From Collinsella sp. (GTDB lineage: Bacteria > Actinomycetota > Coriobacteriia > Coriobacteriales > Coriobacteriaceae), in contig DXMF01000022.1 of the NCBI GenBank assembly GCA_019414345.1, forward strand, positions 80,112 to 144,111: 64,000 nucleotides of DNA, given 5' to 3'. A model generated the notes under the pieces. The model was not told the origin of the DNA. It made no database searches and saw nothing but the letters and a program-made list of their open reading frames with translations. Positions 10,307-20,635 of this stretch are shown here, one piece after another. The position numbers were made by a program, and so were the translations under genes. Position 1 is the first letter of the stretch. Every line of letters starts with the position of its first letter.

Positions 10307-10822
10307 ATGGCTTTTAATACGAAGGTCGATGTAGCCGATACCGAGCTCGAGGAGAACGAGGCGGTCGTCGCCGAAGCTGAGGATGTGACGCTCGAGGATG
10401 AGGCTCTCGTCGAGGCCGAGTCCGATACGGATGAGGACGACGAGGAAGCGGATGAGTCCGAGGACTCGCTGACCTATTCCAACGGCGTGATCGAGAAGAT
10501 CGTTGCCATGGCCACCCGCGAGGTTCCGCACGTTCTGGGCATGAAGGGTAACCTCATGCACTTTGTGCAGGAGCAGTTTGGTGCCGAGAATCTGACCAAG
10601 GGCGTGACGGTCGAGGTCACCGACGATAATCGCGTGGTCGTCAACATCTCCGTCATCATCGAGTACGGCGCCTATGCGCCCGCGATCTTCGACGATGTTA
10701 AGGCACGTGTCACCGAGCGCCTTGCCGCGATGACTGGCCTTGAGGTGGCGGGCGTCAACCTGCGCATCGAGGATGTCATCACCCCCGAGGAGTACGAGCA
10801 CCGCACCAGCCAGCACGAATAA
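10307..10822 (+). CDS. Asp23/Gls24 family envelope stress protein
   Basis: VIEKIV, GVTVEV, EYG and MTGLEV.VNL.I.DV motifs. Confidence 0.9.
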   Translation: MAFNTKVDVADTELEENEAVVAEAEDVTLEDEALVEAESDTDEDDEEADESEDSLTYSNGVIEKIVAMATREVPHVLGMKGNLMHFVQEQFGAENLTKGVTVEVTDDNRVVVNISVIIEYGAYAPAIFDDVKARVTERLAAMTGLEVAGVNLRIEDVITPEEYEHRTSQHE

Positions 10823-11028
10823 CCTTCCAAAAAGGGACAGGTTTGTTTTGGCAGGTTTTATCTGCGAAAACATTAAACGGCCGACCGCGCAAGCAAAAGC
10901 GTGGCCGGCCGTTTTTGTACGCTCCCGATATAGTCATACCGCTCGTCTAACTAAGGGTTGCAATCCCCACGTTCCGCGTTACTCTAATGGGCGCATTGTT
11001 TCCAAATTGTTAACGAGGGGTTGCCGTA

Positions 11029-12051
11029 ATGGCCGACGAGCACGAAACAGAAAGCAAGGCATGGGCGATTGAGGCCGCTGCGGCAGAGGCGGCGTCGCGT
11101 GCTGCCGAGGAGGTGCATCGTCCTCCCGTAGTGCCGATGGAGCGCGTGGTCGATCGCGATGTTATCGAGCGGGGCGAGCGCGCTGGTCGCAAGCGCAGTC
11201 AGGAGCCGGGCTTTCCGCGCTTTTTTGCCGAGCTCAATTTGGGCCTGATCCTCACGGCCTTTGCCATCGTCGCGTTTAAAACCCCTAATCACTTTGCTTT
11301 TGGCGGCACCTCGGGCGTGTCGGTCATTCTGTCCACGCTGTTCCCGACCCTGCCCGTCGGCGTCTTTATGTGGATTATCAATGCGGTCCTGGTCGTTCTG
11401 GGCTTTATCTTTTTGGAGCGCAAGGCAATCCTGTGGAGTGTCTTTGCCTCGTTTGCGCTGTCCGCCTATGTTTCGCTGTTTGAGCTCTTTATTCCGACCG
11501 ATGTCTCGATGACGGGCGATATGTGGCTCGACCTGTGCTTTGCCGTGATTCTGCCGGCGCTCGGCAGCGCCATCGTCTTTGATATTGGTGCCTCGACGGG
11601 CGGCACGGACATCCTCGCCATGATTCTCAAACGCCGCACGACGCTTGAGATCGGCCGTGCGCTGCTGCTGGTCGATATCGGCATCGTGACCATCGCGGCC
11701 TTCTTGTACGGCCCGCGCGTCGGTCTGTATTGCGTGCTCGGCCTGTTTGCCAAGACGCTTGTGGTCGACAAAGCCATCGAGAGCATCCACCTGCGCAAAG
11801 TCTGCACGGTCATTTGCTCCGAGCCCCTTAAGGTCGAGGAGTTTATCGTCAAGCATCTCAACCGTACGGCGACTATCAGCCGCGGCTACGGTGCTTTCTC
11901 GGGCAAGTGCGTGACGGTGATCATGAGCGTGCTAAGCCGTCGCGAGGCCGTGCAACTGCGCCGCTATGCGCGCGAAGTCGATCCGGGTGCCTTTATCACG
12001 ATCGTCGACAGCTCCGAGATCGTCGGCAAGGGTTTCCGCGGAACGAACTAA
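11029..12051 (+). CDS. YitT family membrane protein
   Basis: GGTSG and ASTGGTDI motifs; C-terminal DUF2179-like DPGAFI..V..EIVGKGF. Confidence 0.88.
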   Translation: MADEHETESKAWAIEAAAAEAASRAAEEVHRPPVVPMERVVDRDVIERGERAGRKRSQEPGFPRFFAELNLGLILTAFAIVAFKTPNHFAFGGTSGVSVILSTLFPTLPVGVFMWIINAVLVVLGFIFLERKAILWSVFASFALSAYVSLFELFIPTDVSMTGDMWLDLCFAVILPALGSAIVFDIGASTGGTDILAMILKRRTTLEIGRALLLVDIGIVTIAAFLYGPRVGLYCVLGLFAKTLVVDKAIESIHLRKVCTVICSEPLKVEEFIVKHLNRTATISRGYGAFSGKCVTVIMSVLSRREAVQLRRYAREVDPGAFITIVDSSEIVGKGFRGTN

Positions 12052-12200
12052 CGCAGACGTATTCAACGAACCGCCTGCCGGCGCCGTGTACCTTGCAAAT
12101 CGGTCATCTTTGAGTATTTGACCCCACATTGGGCAATAATGATGCTAAAGACATCGTTTGCGATCCAAGTGATTCGTTCAAGATACGAAGGGATGATTCT

Positions 12201-13517
12201 ATGTTCTGCTCGCAGTGTGGCGCCCCCATGGGCGATAACGACAAGTTCTGCGGCACGTGTGGTGCCCCCAATGCCGGTGCCGCAGCCTCTGCCCCTCAGG
12301 GTCAGCCCCAGCAGTTTGTTCCGCAACCGCCCGTGGCGAATGCGTCCAAGGGCTGTGTGGCTCAGGCGTTTGAGGATATGACCAAGACTCCGGGCGTGCT
12401 GCAGCGCGTGTGCCAGATTGCCTTTTTACCGGCGCTGATTTGTGTTGTGTCGGTACTCGTGCTGTTTATTCCCGTTATTGGCGGCATTGCAGCTGCCATC
12501 GGCTTTTTGGCAGCTTGCATTGCGAGCGTGTGTGGTTCCGGCTTTGGTATTGAGTGGGGTCGCGATCTGTCGCTCAAGGTTGATGGCGGTATGGATCGTC
12601 CACTCATGCGTTCCACGTCGTTTGGCCTCGGAGTCTTTTCGAGCGTTATCTCGGTCGTGCTCGAGGTTATCGCTGCCATTCCCGTTATCGGTGTAGTGCT
12701 TTCGCTGGTGGAGAGCGTGGTAATTGGCGCCGCGGGCTCGTATTCGTATTACGGCTCCTATGCACTCGAGGCAGCGCTGTTTGGCTCGCTTGGCCTGCTT
12801 GTCCTGGCTATGATTGCCACGGCGGTCTTGGGGGTCTTCTTTAAGATGTTCGCCGACATTGCCGTGATGCACTTTGCGGTGACCGGTCGTGTCGAGAGCG
12901 CGTTTTCGCTCGACAAGGTCTGGGCGGCGTTTAAGCACAACAAGACCAAGCTGTTCTGCGCTTCGTTCCTTCCCGAGTTTTTGACGGGTCTGGTCGCCAA
13001 CGTTGTCACATGGATCCTGACGTTCGTCTTTGGCACCATTGCCTCTGTCGGTATGTATAGCTACTACTACCGTCCTTCGGCTATTGAGGCGCTTGTTACC
13101 GGCGGTGGCATCACGCTCGTATTGTTCTTGGTGCTGACAGCGTTTGTCACGGTATTCCTTACGGTCTTTGGCAAGATGCTCAAGCATCGTGCCGTTGGCT
13201 ATTGGGTAGCGCGTTATGCAGCTGAATGGGCTGATGAGGATAAGGATGACGTCCTGACCTTTGTGCTGCCGTTTGAGAAGAAGTCTGCTCCGGCTGGTTT
13301 TAGCACCGACGCAGCGCCCGTATCCGATTCCGCTGCGGCGCCTGCGCCCGAGCCCGAGCCCGAGCCCGCGCCCGAGCCCGTGCCCGTGCCTGAGCCTGAG
13401 CCTGAGCCCGCGCCCGTGCCTGAGCCCGACCCCGCGCCCATGTCGGAACCGGAGCCCGAGCCTGCGCCTGAGCCCGACCCCGCGCCAAGCTCCGACGAGG
13501 ACCCGCAGGACGAGTAA
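12201..13517 (+). CDS. Zinc-ribbon membrane protein (DUF4013-like) with Pro-Glu tail
   Basis: MFCSQCG...FCGTCG N-terminus, TM helices, AF....V motif, (PE)n C-terminus. Confidence 0.7.
   Translation: MFCSQCGAPMGDNDKFCGTCGAPNAGAAASAPQGQPQQFVPQPPVANASKGCVAQAFEDMTKTPGVLQRVCQIAFLPALICVVSVLVLFIPVIGGIAAAIGFLAACIASVCGSGFGIEWGRDLSLKVDGGMDRPLMRSTSFGLGVFSSVISVVLEVIAAIPVIGVVLSLVESVVIGAAGSYSYYGSYALEAALFGSLGLLVLAMIATAVLGVFFKMFADIAVMHFAVTGRVESAFSLDKVWAAFKHNKTKLFCASFLPEFLTGLVANVVTWILTFVFGTIASVGMYSYYYRPSAIEALVTGGGITLVLFLVLTAFVTVFLTVFGKMLKHRAVGYWVARYAAEWADEDKDDVLTFVLPFEKKSAPAGFSTDAAPVSDSAAAPAPEPEPEPAPEPVPVPEPEPEPAPVPEPDPAPMSEPEPEPAPEPDPAPSSDEDPQDE
13341..13487 (+). repeat. Intragenic CCCGAG/CCTGAG tandem repeat encoding (PE/PA)n
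   Basis: Hexamer tandem repeat visible directly in the sequence. Confidence 0.9.
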
Positions 13518-13575
13518 CCCTGCCACCTGCCATTTGGGGACGGGGTAGAAACGGTAGAAATAGCGCTTGACAAAT

Positions 13576-13614
13576 AAGCGGGGGCGGACGTGCCGAAGCG
13601 TCCGCCCCCGCTTT
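13576..13614. terminator. Terminator between convergent genes
   Basis: AAGCGGGGGCGGACG/CGTCCGCCCCCGCTT perfect stem. Confidence 0.8.
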
Positions 13615-13657
13615 GATATCGCGATGCGGCTATGACTGCGAGATGGTCGTGGATCGA

Positions 13658-15121
13658 CTACTCGTCGTGCTTCTCCTCGCGGCGAGCGGCGGCACGTGCA
13701 TCATGGATGCCCTTGATGGCGGCATGGCGCGCCGTGCGGGCATCATGGATAGCATCGCGAGCCTCGGCGGACGTGGCCTTGGCAGAGCGCAACTTGGCGG
13801 CCAAGTCGGGGTTGGTTTCGGCGACCGCGGTGATCGCGGGGCCGTCGAGCTCCTCTTGGGTGGGCTCGGCCAAAAAGTCGATGGCATACTGGGCGGCCAC
13901 CATGGAGCCCTTTGCCAGCACAGTCTCGTCGATCTTGTAGAAGCAGGAATGTTGGGCGTACGTGGCGCCAATCTTGGGGTTGCGCGTACCTACAAAGGCG
14001 AGCACGCCCGGTACGCGGCGCAGGTACTCCGAAAAATCCTCGCCCGAAAGCGTGCCACGGTAATGGCCTTGACCGGTGGGGCCCAAGCACTTGATTACGG
14101 CCTGACGGCAGCGCTCGCTCGAGGCGGCGTCGTTTTCGACCTTGTAGTTGGCGATGGTGTAGTCGGTGAGCTCTGCCTCGGCGCCCAAGGCGGCCGCGGT
14201 ATGCTCCACGATGCGGCGCATGAGCTCCGGCATTTCCTCGTGGGTCGAATCTCCGTAGGTGCGCACTGTGCCGGCGAGGTAGGCCGTGCCGGCGATAACG
14301 TTGCGCGCGGTGCCGCCGTGCAGCTCGCCGACGGTGATGACAGCCGGCTCGTAGGGGCTGATCTCGCGCGAAACGATGGTCTGCAGAGCGTTGACGATCT
14401 CGGCGGCAACCATGACGGCGTCGTGGCCGCGTTGGGGCATGGCGCCATGGCACGAGGTGCCGCGGACATCAATGCGGAACCAGTCGGTATTGGCCATGCG
14501 CGGACCGGGCTCGCAGCTTACGGTGCCGGCGTCAACCTCGCTCCAGATATGCGCGGCGTAGGCACCATCGACGCCGTCGAGCACGCCCGTGCCGATCATG
14601 AGCTTGGCGCCCTGGCCGTTTTCCTCGCTGGGCTGGAAGACGATGCGGACTTCGCCGTGGATGTCGTCGGTCATATGGCGCAGGATTTGCAGCGTGCCGA
14701 GCATCATGGCGATATGGCAGTCGTGGCCGCAGGCGTGCATGCAGCCCTCGTTGACGCTGGCGAACTCTTCGCCGGTCTGCTCGGTGACGGGCAGGGCGTC
14801 GATGTCGGCGCGCAGCAGGATGCGGCGGCGTGGCGTGCCGTCCTCGCGATAGGCGTCGGGCGCGGTGCCGCGAAGGGTTGCCACAAGGCCCGTCTTAAGG
14901 GGACGCTCGTAGGGGATATTCATGGCGTCGAGCTGGTTGGCGATGTCAGAAGTCGTGCGCTCCTCGGCAAGGCTCAGCTCCGGGTGCTTATGGAAGTGGC
15001 GGCGCTGCTTGATGATATAGGGTTCAAACTCGGTAGCGATATCTTTGATGGCTGCGGTGACGTCGTCAGCCGCACGAGCCTCGGTCGCCGCCATAATCTG
15101 CTGTGCCTTGGTCTTCGTCAT
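13658..15121 (-). CDS. M20D family amidohydrolase
   Basis: HPELS, LRADIDALP, MHACGHDCH, FQPSEE and EDFS motifs; ATG at 15121 after AAGGAG. Confidence 0.88.
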   Translation of the reverse strand: MTKTKAQQIMAATEARAADDVTAAIKDIATEFEPYIIKQRRHFHKHPELSLAEERTTSDIANQLDAMNIPYERPLKTGLVATLRGTAPDAYREDGTPRRRILLRADIDALPVTEQTGEEFASVNEGCMHACGHDCHIAMMLGTLQILRHMTDDIHGEVRIVFQPSEENGQGAKLMIGTGVLDGVDGAYAAHIWSEVDAGTVSCEPGPRMANTDWFRIDVRGTSCHGAMPQRGHDAVMVAAEIVNALQTIVSREISPYEPAVITVGELHGGTARNVIAGTAYLAGTVRTYGDSTHEEMPELMRRIVEHTAAALGAEAELTDYTIANYKVENDAASSERCRQAVIKCLGPTGQGHYRGTLSGEDFSEYLRRVPGVLAFVGTRNPKIGATYAQHSCFYKIDETVLAKGSMVAAQYAIDFLAEPTQEELDGPAITAVAETNPDLAAKLRSAKATSAEARDAIHDARTARHAAIKGIHDARAAARREEKHDE

Positions 15122-15289
15122 GGTCGATTTGCTCCTTGCTGGGTTGATCGCAAAATCGTACAGGCTCTCTCCAGTATGCCACCTGCCGCTAGGGCTGGTA
15201 AAGTTGCCGTTTGCCGCTTGGGGTTTTGTTGCAAGGGCGGGGGAGTACACTCGGGGGTGTTGAATTTCCTGCCAGAGATGGGGATGCCC

Positions 15290-16927
15290 ATGCAACATAT
15301 CGATCGGATTATCCGCTCCAAGAACGTCTTTACCGCGCAAGACGGCATCGATACTGCCCGCGAGCTGGCGATTGCCATCGCAGGCGACCGTATCGTCGCA
15401 GTCGGCAAGCCCGATGACGTGATCGCCGCCGCTCCCGCCGCCACGCCGGTTATCGACTACGGCGAGCAGTTTGTCTGCCCCGGTTTCCATGACGCTCATC
15501 TGCACTTCTTCCATACCTCGGTCGGTTCCTCGCCGTACATGCTCATGGATATGGGCACGTCCGAGGCGGCGCTGGTGCAGCACGCGCTCGAGTTTTCCCA
15601 GGACCTGCCCGATGACGCTTGGGTTGTGACGCAGGGCTGGCGCGACTACCGTTGGGACCCGCCCGCGCATCCTACCAAGGCGTCGCTCGATGCGGCATTC
15701 CCCGATCGCCCCTGCGTTATGTATTCGGGCGACGGGCACACGCTGTGGCTCAACAGCCGCGCACTCGAAGCCCTCGGCGTGACACGCGACAGCGAGCCTC
15801 CGGCGGGTGGTAGCTACGACAAGGATGCAAACGGCGAGCTCACGGGTATCGCTCACGAGGCGGCCGCTATGCAGCTGCTTCCGCGCTGCCTTGAGTGGCT
15901 GGGGGAGGATCGCATTGCAAGCGCTTACGCCGATCAAATGAGGCGTATGGCCGAGCAGGGCATCACCTCGATCTGCGACATGTCGCTCATGCCCATGCCG
16001 GGCTGCGATTTTATCCGCGACGATGTCTACGACAAACTGCAGGCAGCCGGCAAGTTGGGCATCCGAGCCCATCTGTTCCCCACGCTGCTGGATGACCAGT
16101 TGCGCTTGGAAGAGCTGCAGACCCGCTACGCGAACAACGCGCTGCTCTCGGCGCCAGGCTTTAAGCAGTTCTTCGACGGCGTGTCGAGCGAACACACGGC
16201 ATATCTCACCGAGCCCTATACCAATCCGCGCTTCCCGGGCGACCAGGGCCGTCTGACAGTTCCTGCCGAGCGCATGCGTAAGCTGGTTCTGGCGGCTGCG
16301 GAGCGCGGCCACACTGTGCGTATCCACGTCATCGGCGACGGTGCGATTCATGCCGCGCTGGATATCTTCGAGGAGGCCGCCGACCTGTACGGCCTGCCCC
16401 AGCACGGCCATAACACACTCGAGCATCTGGAGAACCTCCTGCCCGAGGACATCGACCGCCTGCGCAAGCTCAACGTGATTGCCTCGAGTCAGCCCTGTCA
16501 CATTACGCTCGACCCGGGCGGCCCCGAGCGCGATTTGGGCATGGAGCGCAGCCGCATCATGTGGCCGTTTGCAACCTATAAGCAGCGCGGCATTCGCCAA
16601 GCCTTCGGTACTGACAGCCCTATCACGCCCGTTACCAGCATGAACGTGCTCTACACGGCTATCACGCGCCAAGACCCCAAAAGCCACTGGCCCGAGGGCG
16701 GCTGGTTACCGAGTGAGCGTATCGACGCGGCAACAGCCCTGCGCAACTACACCCTGGGCAGCGCCTATGCAGCGGGCGACGAGCAAAACCTCGGCAGTCT
16801 GGAGCCCGGCAAGTACGCCGACCTGGTAGTCCTGGACCAAAACCCGCTCACCATCGACCCCCAAGAACTTCAAGCCAACAAAGTCCAAGCCACCTACCTG
16901 GCAGGCAACTTGATTTACGAGCGCTAA
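15290..16927 (+). CDS. Amidohydrolase 3 (YtcJ-like) metallo-hydrolase
   Basis: PGFHDAHLH, KQFFDG, HVIGD, EH, FGTDSP and GKYADLVVLD motifs. Start could be 15278, 15284 or 15290. Confidence 0.88.
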   Translation: MQHIDRIIRSKNVFTAQDGIDTARELAIAIAGDRIVAVGKPDDVIAAAPAATPVIDYGEQFVCPGFHDAHLHFFHTSVGSSPYMLMDMGTSEAALVQHALEFSQDLPDDAWVVTQGWRDYRWDPPAHPTKASLDAAFPDRPCVMYSGDGHTLWLNSRALEALGVTRDSEPPAGGSYDKDANGELTGIAHEAAAMQLLPRCLEWLGEDRIASAYADQMRRMAEQGITSICDMSLMPMPGCDFIRDDVYDKLQAAGKLGIRAHLFPTLLDDQLRLEELQTRYANNALLSAPGFKQFFDGVSSEHTAYLTEPYTNPRFPGDQGRLTVPAERMRKLVLAAAERGHTVRIHVIGDGAIHAALDIFEEAADLYGLPQHGHNTLEHLENLLPEDIDRLRKLNVIASSQPCHITLDPGGPERDLGMERSRIMWPFATYKQRGIRQAFGTDSPITPVTSMNVLYTAITRQDPKSHWPEGGWLPSERIDAATALRNYTLGSAYAAGDEQNLGSLEPGKYADLVVLDQNPLTIDPQELQANKVQATYLAGNLIYER

Positions 16928-16945
16928 CCCCACATCCCACCCCTC

Positions 16946-17014
16946 AGTTGCGGTGAAATAGTCCCTAAAATCGGCCTTCAAGCCCCCAAACAGGAACTAT
17001 TCCACCGCAACTTA
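16946..17014. repeat. 69-bp element with terminal inverted repeats, copy 1
   Basis: AGTTGCGGTGAAATAG...CTATTCCACCGCAACTTA; same ends and length as 44443..44511. Confidence 0.8.
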
Positions 17015-17085
17015 AAAGAGCGCGTCCCAACAACGTGCCCCCTATCTTGTGCATTCCATCCGCATCGCCATTTTGCTGCACTGAC

Positions 17086-17284
17086 TTTTCTGAATGCCGG
17101 GCCCTAGTTAGTCAACCTGGCTCCCAGGGCGGACCGGAGGGCATGAAGTTTGTCGCGAGTTCCGCACGCAAAGGAAAGCACTTAATGTGCTTTCCGTCTT
17201 GCGCAGGACTGTAGAGCAGTAAACTTCATGCCCTCCGGTCCGCCCCGGGAGCCACCGCTAAGTTATCCCCCGGCATTCAGAAAA
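17086..17284. repeat. ~200-nt nested palindrome upstream of groES
   Basis: TTTTCTGAATGCCGGG/CCCGGCATTCAGAAAA outer arms and a ~33-bp inner stem (17119-17151 with 17221-17253). Confidence 0.85.
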
Positions 17285-17421
17285 TCTAAGTTCCAAAAAA
17301 TAAGATTTTTTGACTCCGTGTTGTATAACCCGCCATTCGTGGGTACCATTCAACGCGTACGCAAACAAAAAGGGTTAATTCGCGTGGCATAACCACGCGG
17401 CCCAAAAAGGAGGAGACAAGC

Positions 17422-17715
17422 ATGTCGTCTTTGAAGCCGCTTGCAGATCGTGTTCTGGTCAAGCCCGACGAGGCCGAGCAGAAGACCGCTTCTGGTCTGT
17501 ATATCGCCAGCAACGCTCAGGAGAAGCCGCAGCGCGGCACCATCGTTGCCGTTGGCGCCGGCAAGGTCAACGACAAGGGTGAGCGCATCCCCATGGACGT
17601 CAAGGAAGGCGACGTTGTCATCTACGGTAAGTTCGGTGGCAACGAGGTCAAGGTCGACGGCGAGAAGTATCTGCTGATGCGCGCCGACGACATCTACGCT
17701 GTCGTCGAGGCCTAG
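17422..17715 (+). CDS. groES: Co-chaperonin GroES
   Basis: LKPLADRVLV and KTASGLYI motifs; AGGAGG RBS. Confidence 0.98.
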   Translation: MSSLKPLADRVLVKPDEAEQKTASGLYIASNAQEKPQRGTIVAVGAGKVNDKGERIPMDVKEGDVVIYGKFGGNEVKVDGEKYLLMRADDIYAVVEA

Positions 17716-17733
17716 TCTCGTCAGAATCTCTGA

Positions 17734-19449
<1,716 letters not shown>

Positions 19450-19475
19450 GGCCGACAAGGTCTAGAACTCCCACC

Positions 19476-19620
19476 GGGAATCCGGGGGCGTGACGGGGGC
19501 TTCTCTCCGGAACGTCCTCGGACATGCAAAGAGGCTCCGCATCGCGCTTCGCGCTGCGGAGCCTCTTTGCGTCCTGCGGAATGTTCCGGAGAGAAGCCCC
19601 CGTCACGCCCCCGGATTCCC
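19476..19620. repeat. 145-nt near-perfect palindrome downstream of groEL
   Basis: GGGAATCCGGGGGCGTGACGGGGGCTTCTCTCCGGAAC arm with an exact reverse complement, plus an inner GCAAAGAGGCTCCGCA stem. Confidence 0.9.
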
Positions 19621-19813
19621 TACGTTTACGGCCTTGAGGTCGGCTCGCGGAGAAGGACGTGGTTGATGGGAATACGTGTCCCTTTCGCTGTTTCGCGGCT
19701 TTACCGCGAAAAGCGCGTTACTTTGGGGAGGGTGAGCAACCTGGTCGAACCGCTGCTCTGTCCCGGCTGCATTTCTAGAGCGTTTCCCCCGCCATAAATT
19801 ACCCTCGGCATAC

Positions 19814-19841
19814 TTGCGTGAAAACCTGCTCGTGCTACACT
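19814..19841 (+). promoter_or_regulatory. Putative sigma70-type promoter of the FMN riboswitch operon
   Basis: TTGCGT-N16-TACACT with an extended TG, just upstream of the aptamer. Confidence 0.5.
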
Positions 19842-19849
19842 TGCAAGTG

Positions 19850-20036
19850 CTGTTTCAGGGCGGGGTGGAATTCCCCACTGGCGGTAAATCGGGCGGTGCC
19901 AAAGGGGTGCCGTGGCGTAGGCGAGGTGCCTGCGTTCGTGCCGATGAGTCCGCGACCCGTGTGTGCGTTGGTTCGCATACCGGCTGAACTGGTGAGATCC
20001 CAGTACCAACGGTTAGAGTCCGGATGAAAGAGGCAG
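19850..20036 (+). promoter_or_regulatory. FMN riboswitch (RFN element)
   Basis: AGGGCGGGGTGGAATTCCCCACTGGCGGT...GTCCGCGA...GCTGAACTGGTGAGATCCCAGTACCAACGGTTAGAGTCCGGATGAAAGA matches the RFN consensus. P1 (CTGTTTC/GAGGCAG) overlaps the likely SD. Confidence 0.95.
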
Positions 20037-20044
20037 GTGATCTT

Positions 20045-20635
20045 ATGTCTGAACAGTCGCAGCATATCCATTTTGAGAACACGAATAGGTGGAGCACCAA
20101 ACAGCTCGTTACCATGGCGCTGATGTGTGCCTTGGGCGCCCTGTTTATGTACGTGCAGCTGCCCATCCTTCCTTCGGCGCCGTTTTTGACGTATGACCCG
20201 TCGCTGGTGCCGGCGATGGTGTGCGGTTTTGCGTATGGTCCTGGCGCCGGTACTGCTGTTGCCGCTATGGCGATTGTTATCCATGCGCTTACCACGGGCG
20301 ATTGGGTCGGCGCACTTATGAACCTGGTGGCTACGCTGGGCTACATTCTGCCCGCGGCTATCGTGTACCAGAAGATGCATACCTATAAGGGTGCCGTGAT
20401 TGGCCTAGTGTTCGGTGTCATTGCCGCTACGGCGCTGTCTATGGTCGCTAACCTTACCATTGGCGTATGGTTCTGGTATGGCTCGGTCGATGTGATCGCC
20501 CCGCTCATGATTCCTGCCGTGCTGCCGTTCAACCTTATCAAGACCGTGCTTAACTCGGTATTGACGCTTGCAGTGTACAAGGCAGTCTCCAACCTCATCA
20601 CGCCTAAAAAGGACCAGGTCAAAGGCCGCGCATGA
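20045..20635 (+). CDS. ribU: ECF transporter S component (riboflavin, RibU-like)
   Basis: FLTYDPS.VPA and PFNLIK motifs; directly downstream of the FMN riboswitch. Confidence 0.85.
   Translation: MSEQSQHIHFENTNRWSTKQLVTMALMCALGALFMYVQLPILPSAPFLTYDPSLVPAMVCGFAYGPGAGTAVAAMAIVIHALTTGDWVGALMNLVATLGYILPAAIVYQKMHTYKGAVIGLVFGVIAATALSMVANLTIGVWFWYGSVDVIAPLMIPAVLPFNLIKTVLNSVLTLAVYKAVSNLITPKKDQVKGRA

Noticed and set aside
13613..16927. Overlapping 1104-aa (+) and 1009-aa (-) ORFs
   Set aside because: Each is a real amidohydrolase extended by the stop-free antisense frame of the divergent gene. True starts are near 15290 and 15121.
19835..20380. Minus-strand ORFs over the FMN riboswitch
   Set aside because: Antisense to a clear riboswitch and ribU.
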